Below, piece after piece: positions 59,629-64,000 of a stretch of DNA of 64,000 bases. Each line of letters begins with the position of its first letter. Within the stretch, counting starts at the first letter, position 1. The stretch is taken from NCBI GenBank assembly GCA_021844945.1, contig JAKBSJ010000003.1, forward strand, positions 32,565 to 96,564, read 5' to 3'. The notes beneath the pieces are model-generated. The model had not been told where the DNA came from and made no database searches. It saw nothing but the letters and a program-made list of their open reading frames with translations. Made by a program: the position numbers and the translations under genes. The DNA comes from Thermoplasmata archaeon. Its GTDB lineage: Archaea > Thermoplasmatota > Thermoplasmata > Lutacidiplasmatales > UBA184.

Positions 59629-60155
59629 GGAGATACCGGGTCCCGGGACGAAGGACGGTTCGCGAGCTCGCGACGGACCTTCTCGACGAGACCCCCGGCC
59701 TCGAGGAGGTCGATCAGATGCTGAGGGAGCGGTGGGAACGAGACGGACCCCCCGGTTCTCACGTTCGTGATCGTTCCTTCCCGCATCTCGATCCGCGCGA
59801 TGTCGAATCGGTCGAAGATCGCCCGGACGCCCGGTGCTTCGATCGTGGGGATGCCGAGGTTGATCGAGTTGCGAAAGAAGATCCGGGCGAAGGAATCCGC
59901 GACGATCGCGCCGACTCCGGCCGCTCGCAGAGCCTGCGGTGCGTGCTCCCGGCTCGACCCGCTGCCGAAGTTCGCGTCCGCGACGAGGATGTCACCGGGC
60001 TTCGATTGGCTCGCGAACTCCGGGAGCCCGATCTCCAGGACCTTCGTCTTGAGGATGTTCGGATCGATGATCGTGAGGTACTTCCCCGAGATGATCTGGT
60101 CCGTGTCCACGTCGCGTCCCAGCGTCCATACCCGACCTTCGATGATCTCCCGCAC
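59625..60155 (-). CDS. Isopropylmalate dehydratase/homoaconitase small subunit
   Basis: DVDTDQII, NFGSGSSREHA, SFARIFFRN; GTG start at 60155. Confidence 0.93.
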   Translation of the reverse strand: MREIIEGRVWTLGRDVDTDQIISGKYLTIIDPNILKTKVLEIGLPEFASQSKPGDILVADANFGSGSSREHAPQALRAAGVGAIVADSFARIFFRNSINLGIPTIEAPGVRAIFDRFDIARIEMREGTITNVRTGGSVSFPPLPQHLIDLLEAGGLVEKVRRELANRPSSRDPVSP

Positions 60156-60178
60156 GGTTCTTCCATCTCCTGAAGGGA

Positions 60179-61465
60179 CTAAGCGTACTCTCGGGGGTCC
60201 GCGATCTCGCCCCGGATCGCCGCGGCGACGGTCGCGGCGGGCGACATCAGATAGATGCGTCCTTCCTTCGGGCCCATGCGGCCGGGAAAGTTTCGATTCG
60301 AGGAAGATGCGCAGACCTCGTCGGGCGCGATGATCCCCATGTTCCCCCCGAAACACGCCGAGCAGCTAGAGTTCGTGAAGACCGCCCCCGCGTCGGTATA
60401 GAGATCGACGAGGCCCTCGCTCAGGCACTGGCGGTAGATGGCGGTCGAAGCCGGAGAGACGATGAATCGGACTCCGGCGTGCACCTTGCGCCCTTTGAGG
60501 ACCGCCGCTCCTTCTCGGAGGTCTTCGATCCGAGCGTTCGTGCACGATCCCAGGAACGCTTGGTCGATGCGAACGTGTTCGCGCGCGACATCCGGCAACG
60601 GCCGAACGTTGTCCGGCGAGTACGGGCATGCGACCATCGGGGGCATCCCATCGACATCGATCTCGACGGTGCGCTCGTACTGGGCATCGGTGTCGGCGTA
60701 CACCGGATGCATCGAATGCTTCGCAATCCCGGAAAGGTAGTCACGAGTTTTCGAATCGGGGGCGACCATACCGCACTTTGCTCCCATCTCGGTCGTCATG
60801 TTACAGATCGTGAGGCGTTCGGGCATCGAGAGGCGCTCGATGGTCGGGCCGGTCCACTCGACGGCTTTGTAGGTGGCTCCCGTCGTCTTCACTTCTCCGA
60901 GGGCTCGGAGGACAAGATCCTTGGCGGTGACCCCGGGTCCGAGCTTACCGCGCACGTTAATCCGCACCGTTGTGGGCACCTTCAACCACAATCGACCGAG
61001 GGCCAGGACCGCCGCCATCTCCGTAGGTCCGATTCCTGCGGCGACGGCCCCCATCGCACCGAGCATGTTGGTGTGCGAGTCCGTTCCGACCGCGAGGTCG
61101 CCCGGCACGACCCAGCCATTCTCGGCAAGGATCTGGTGGCAGATCCCGTGGTTGCCGACGTCGTAGAAATGGGGAAGGTGAACCTCGTCCGCAAACTTGC
61201 GCAGGATCCGGTGAAGGACGGCCGCGCCTTCGGTCGAGGCCGGGACCCAGTGATCGATCGCGATCACCACGCGATCGGGATCCCAGACCCGGGTCGCCCC
61301 CATCTCGTGGAACGGTTGGACGGTCTGGGCCCCCTGCTCGTGCATCATCGCGAGGTCGACTCGGCCCTCGATAATCTCGCCAGGGACGACCGAGTCCCTC
61401 CCACCGGCCCGTGCGAGGATCTTCTCTGCGAGCGTAGCACCGTGACCGCGGGACGTGGCGCTCAC
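60179..61465 (-). CDS. Isopropylmalate dehydratase/homoaconitase large subunit
   Basis: TLAEKIL, GICHQ, DSHT, GSCTNAR, CSACFG, NRNFPGRMG. Confidence 0.94.
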   Translation of the reverse strand: MSATSRGHGATLAEKILARAGGRDSVVPGEIIEGRVDLAMMHEQGAQTVQPFHEMGATRVWDPDRVVIAIDHWVPASTEGAAVLHRILRKFADEVHLPHFYDVGNHGICHQILAENGWVVPGDLAVGTDSHTNMLGAMGAVAAGIGPTEMAAVLALGRLWLKVPTTVRINVRGKLGPGVTAKDLVLRALGEVKTTGATYKAVEWTGPTIERLSMPERLTICNMTTEMGAKCGMVAPDSKTRDYLSGIAKHSMHPVYADTDAQYERTVEIDVDGMPPMVACPYSPDNVRPLPDVAREHVRIDQAFLGSCTNARIEDLREGAAVLKGRKVHAGVRFIVSPASTAIYRQCLSEGLVDLYTDAGAVFTNSSCSACFGGNMGIIAPDEVCASSSNRNFPGRMGPKEGRIYLMSPAATVAAAIRGEIADPREYA

Positions 61466-62709
61466 GCCGTCACCTTGATCCCGGATTGAGCGACCATCGC
61501 CCAGAACTCCGCATCGGAGATCCCCGGCTGCTCGAAGAGGGCGCGGTACTCTTTCAGGAAACGACGGAGCTCCGTCTTCGAGCGGGACTCGCTCGTCGCC
61601 TTCACGCGTTGAAGCAGCTCGAGAAGTACAGGATCGCTAGGTACAATGCCGCGCTCTTTGAGCTTCTCGCTCAACGCGGCCTTCCCGGTATGCTTTCCGA
61701 TGACCATCTGCCGGCGACGGCCAATCGCTTCGGGCTGCATCGGTTCATAGGTTGCGGTGTGTGCGAGGATTCCGTGGGTGTGGATCCCCGCCTCGTGCGA
61801 GAAGGAGAAGTAACCGACCAGCGCCTTGTTCGCCGGCACCGGGATTCCCGAGAGTTCCTCCACGAGGCGGGAGAGCTCGTAGATTCGTTCGGTCTTAAGG
61901 CCGGTATGCACCCCGTAGAGCCGCTCGAGGATGAAGGCCACCTCCTCGAAAGCGGCGTTGCCGCTGCGCTCTCCGAGGCCGTTGACGCACGTGTGAGGCG
62001 CAACCGCGCCGACCTCCAGGGCCGCGAGCGTATTGGCGGTCGCGAGGCCGAAATCGTTGTGGCAGTGAACCGAGAGATCCTTGGGGTGGACACGACGCTG
62101 GAATTCGCCCAGCCACCAGCGGAAGGTCGTCGGTGTCATGATGCCGACCGTGTCGGCGACCACGAGGCGGTCGGCGCCAGCGTCCTGAACGTCTCGATAG
62201 AGCCGTTCGACAAAGTCGAGGGGAGCGCGAACGGTGTCCTCCGTGACAAACGAGACGTGCAGACCGGACTCCTTCGCCCGTCGCACGCATTGGAGGGCGG
62301 CCTCTCGCACTTCTGCCTGAGTCATTTTGAGCTTGTAGCGCAGGTGCACGTTGCTCGCCGCGACGAAGATGGCGATGTGGGTCGCTCCGCTCTTGATCAC
62401 GGCATCGACGTCTGCGAGGACTGTCCTCGCCGAACCGAGGATGTGGGAGTGGAGGCCGGCGCTCGCGAGCCGGGCCACGCTTTTCGCCTCCTCCGCGGAG
62501 ACGACAGGAATCCCCGCGTCGATGATCGGGACCCCGATGTCGGAAAGGAGCTCCGCGATCTTCAATTTCTCTTCGGGAGAGTAATGAACGCCCGGCATCT
62601 GCTCGCCGTCGCGTAGCGTTTCATCCCAGAACACGATCGGGCTGGCGAAGTGCCGTTGGTCGGCGGTTCGGGGGTGGAAGTCCTCGATGAGGAGTTCCTC
62701 GGTGCTCAT
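61462..62709 (-). CDS. DRE-TIM 2-oxoacid:acetyl-CoA condensing synthase (homocitrate/isopropylmalate/citramalate family) without LeuA regulatory domain
   Basis: DETLRDGEQ, HCHNDFGLATAN, NGLGERSGN, HEAGIH, GKHTG; only 415 aa. Confidence 0.93.
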   Translation of the reverse strand: MSTEELLIEDFHPRTADQRHFASPIVFWDETLRDGEQMPGVHYSPEEKLKIAELLSDIGVPIIDAGIPVVSAEEAKSVARLASAGLHSHILGSARTVLADVDAVIKSGATHIAIFVAASNVHLRYKLKMTQAEVREAALQCVRRAKESGLHVSFVTEDTVRAPLDFVERLYRDVQDAGADRLVVADTVGIMTPTTFRWWLGEFQRRVHPKDLSVHCHNDFGLATANTLAALEVGAVAPHTCVNGLGERSGNAAFEEVAFILERLYGVHTGLKTERIYELSRLVEELSGIPVPANKALVGYFSFSHEAGIHTHGILAHTATYEPMQPEAIGRRRQMVIGKHTGKAALSEKLKERGIVPSDPVLLELLQRVKATSESRSKTELRRFLKEYRALFEQPGISDAEFWAMVAQSGIKVTA

Positions 62710-62784
62710 CCCTCAGAGCGACCGTGGCCCCTCTGATAACCTTGGCGCGACGCGGTGTAGCGCTCATCGGCCGGGAAGAGCACC
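62701..62784 (-). promoter_or_regulatory. Structured 5' leader (or overlapping sRNA) with a C/D-type kink-turn and a stem covering the start codon
   Basis: GGTGCTCTTCCC pairs with GGGATGAGCACC (11 of 12); GATGAGCG with CGCTCTGA forms a C/D k-turn pattern; TATTTAA at 62816-62810. Confidence 0.6.
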
Positions 62785-62874
62785 CTGCCCGTAACTCGTG
62801 GCCCATCCGTTAAATAGACTACCCGGTTCAAATCGGCCGGAGACCCGGCGAACGCTAGGGGGAAGGGATCTATC

Positions 62875-64000
62875 ATGAGCAGCTCGGTAACTAACGTCGC
62901 TGCCCACACCGTGGCTTCCGAGACCTCCCCACGGGCTTCCCGGAAGACCCTCTCCGATCTCAGCGTGATGATCGGTGGTCAGGGAGGAGATGGCACCCTG
63001 ACGGTATCCGACCTTTTGGGCCGATACTTCCGCAAGCTCGGCCTGTACGTCTACACCTCTCGAAACGTTCTCTCCCGCATTCGCGGCGGACATGCCGACG
63101 CGTCGGTGCGCGCCTCGGACCACCCCACCTCCTCCGTCAAGCCGCAGGTCGATGTACTGCTTGCCTTCGATCAGGAAGCGGCCGAGCTTGGGAGCAAGGA
63201 GCTCGGGCCGGAGGGCGTCATCATCTACGATTCTTCGGTCTTTTCGACCTCGCTTCCGAACTCGTACGGGTTCCCGTTCGCCACCTTGGTTGGGGGTCAA
63301 GTGGGCCAGCCGATCTACAAGAACGCGGCCGCCTATGGCGCGGTCAGTGTGCTTCTCGGCTTCGACGAGAGCCTCACCCGGCAGGTGATTGAAGAGCGGT
63401 TCCAGCGACGGGGCGCGGAAGCCCTCCAAAAGAACCTCAAGGCGCTTGAAATCGGCCGGCAGGCCGCCTCGGGGGTTCCGGAGGTCCCCCAGCACTGGAG
63501 TGTGCGGCCGGGCGAAGCGCACGACCAGATCCTATCGATCGGTAACCAAGCCGTTGCCCTAGGATTCGTCGTCGGGGGTGGGCGGTTTTTCTCCGGCTAC
63601 CCGATCACGCCGGCGACCGAGATCATGGAGTACCTCCAGAGGTACCTTCAACCGTTCCACGGCGTGGTGCGTCAGGCGGAAGACGAGCTCGCGGCCATCA
63701 ACAACGTCCTCGGAGCCGCCTATGCGGGCGCCCGGGCGATGACGTCTACGAGCGGCCCGGGTCTCTCGCTGATGACCGAAGGGATCGGGCAGGCGGGGGC
63801 GGCCGAACTCCCTATCGTCATCGCGGATTGCCAGCGTGTGGGACCATCGACCGGCGAACCGACTCGACACGAGCAGTCCGATCTCGCCCATCTCGCGCAC
63901 CTCGGACATGGCGAGTACCCCCGTTTCATCATCGCTCCCGGTACCGTTCTCGAATGCTTCGAGATGACCGTTCAGGCGCTGAACCTTGCAGAAAAGTGGC
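62875..64000 (+). CDS. korA: 2-oxoacid:ferredoxin oxidoreductase alpha subunit (gamma-alpha fusion), partial
   Basis: Manual translation: IGGQGGDG, SRIRGGH, GYPITPATE, QAEDELAA, TSGPGLSLM, QRVGPSTG. Open to the window end, so absent from the ORF track. Confidence 0.93.
   Translation, partial: MSSSVTNVAAHTVASETSPRASRKTLSDLSVMIGGQGGDGTLTVSDLLGRYFRKLGLYVYTSRNVLSRIRGGHADASVRASDHPTSSVKPQVDVLLAFDQEAAELGSKELGPEGVIIYDSSVFSTSLPNSYGFPFATLVGGQVGQPIYKNAAAYGAVSVLLGFDESLTRQVIEERFQRRGAEALQKNLKALEIGRQAASGVPEVPQHWSVRPGEAHDQILSIGNQAVALGFVVGGGRFFSGYPITPATEIMEYLQRYLQPFHGVVRQAEDELAAINNVLGAAYAGARAMTSTSGPGLSLMTEGIGQAGAAELPIVIADCQRVGPSTGEPTRHEQSDLAHLAHLGHGEYPRFIIAPGTVLECFEMTVQALNLAEKW

Noticed and set aside
1-64000. 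Many long overlapping Arg/Pro/Gly-rich ORFs and frequent GATC/TCGA/CGATCG words
   Set aside because: Expected from high GC and codon usage (ATC, GAC, GAG, CTC). I found no CRISPR array, transposase or tandem repeat array by eye.

Overview
High-GC archaeal chromosome segment of mostly housekeeping genes. Gene content points to Thermoplasmatota (FEN1, PriS, RIO1/Dim2, topoisomerase VI, aEF-1beta, PAC2, a headless 11-subunit complex I, giant AglB); a high-GC soil or peat lineage is my inference. I see no mobile element, CRISPR array or rRNA. Five features are absent from the ORF track: an archaeal pilin N-terminus at the left edge, ribosomal protein eL41/eS32 (34716-34823), a tRNA-His(GUG) with a 31-nt non-canonical T-loop intron (39521-39627), a CPxCG zinc-finger microprotein, and a partial 2-oxoacid:ferredoxin oxidoreductase alpha gene at the right edge. 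Best candidates for something undescribed: (1) a CdrS-like tandem ribbon-helix-helix gene followed by an FtsZ homolog reduced to its GTP-binding domain, with a phased direct repeat at the promoter; (2) a kink-turn-like 5' leader whose closing stem buries the start codon of an operon joining 2-oxoacid chain-elongation genes to a thiolase/DUF35 pair; (3) the T-loop intron in tRNA-His; (4) a 2181-aa AglB with about 1250 aa of Ig-like repeats and altered active-site motifs; (5) a complex I with four-cluster NuoI and Cys-rich NuoD that runs into prenyl-chain genes. All calls come from motif recognition by eye; no database search was run.
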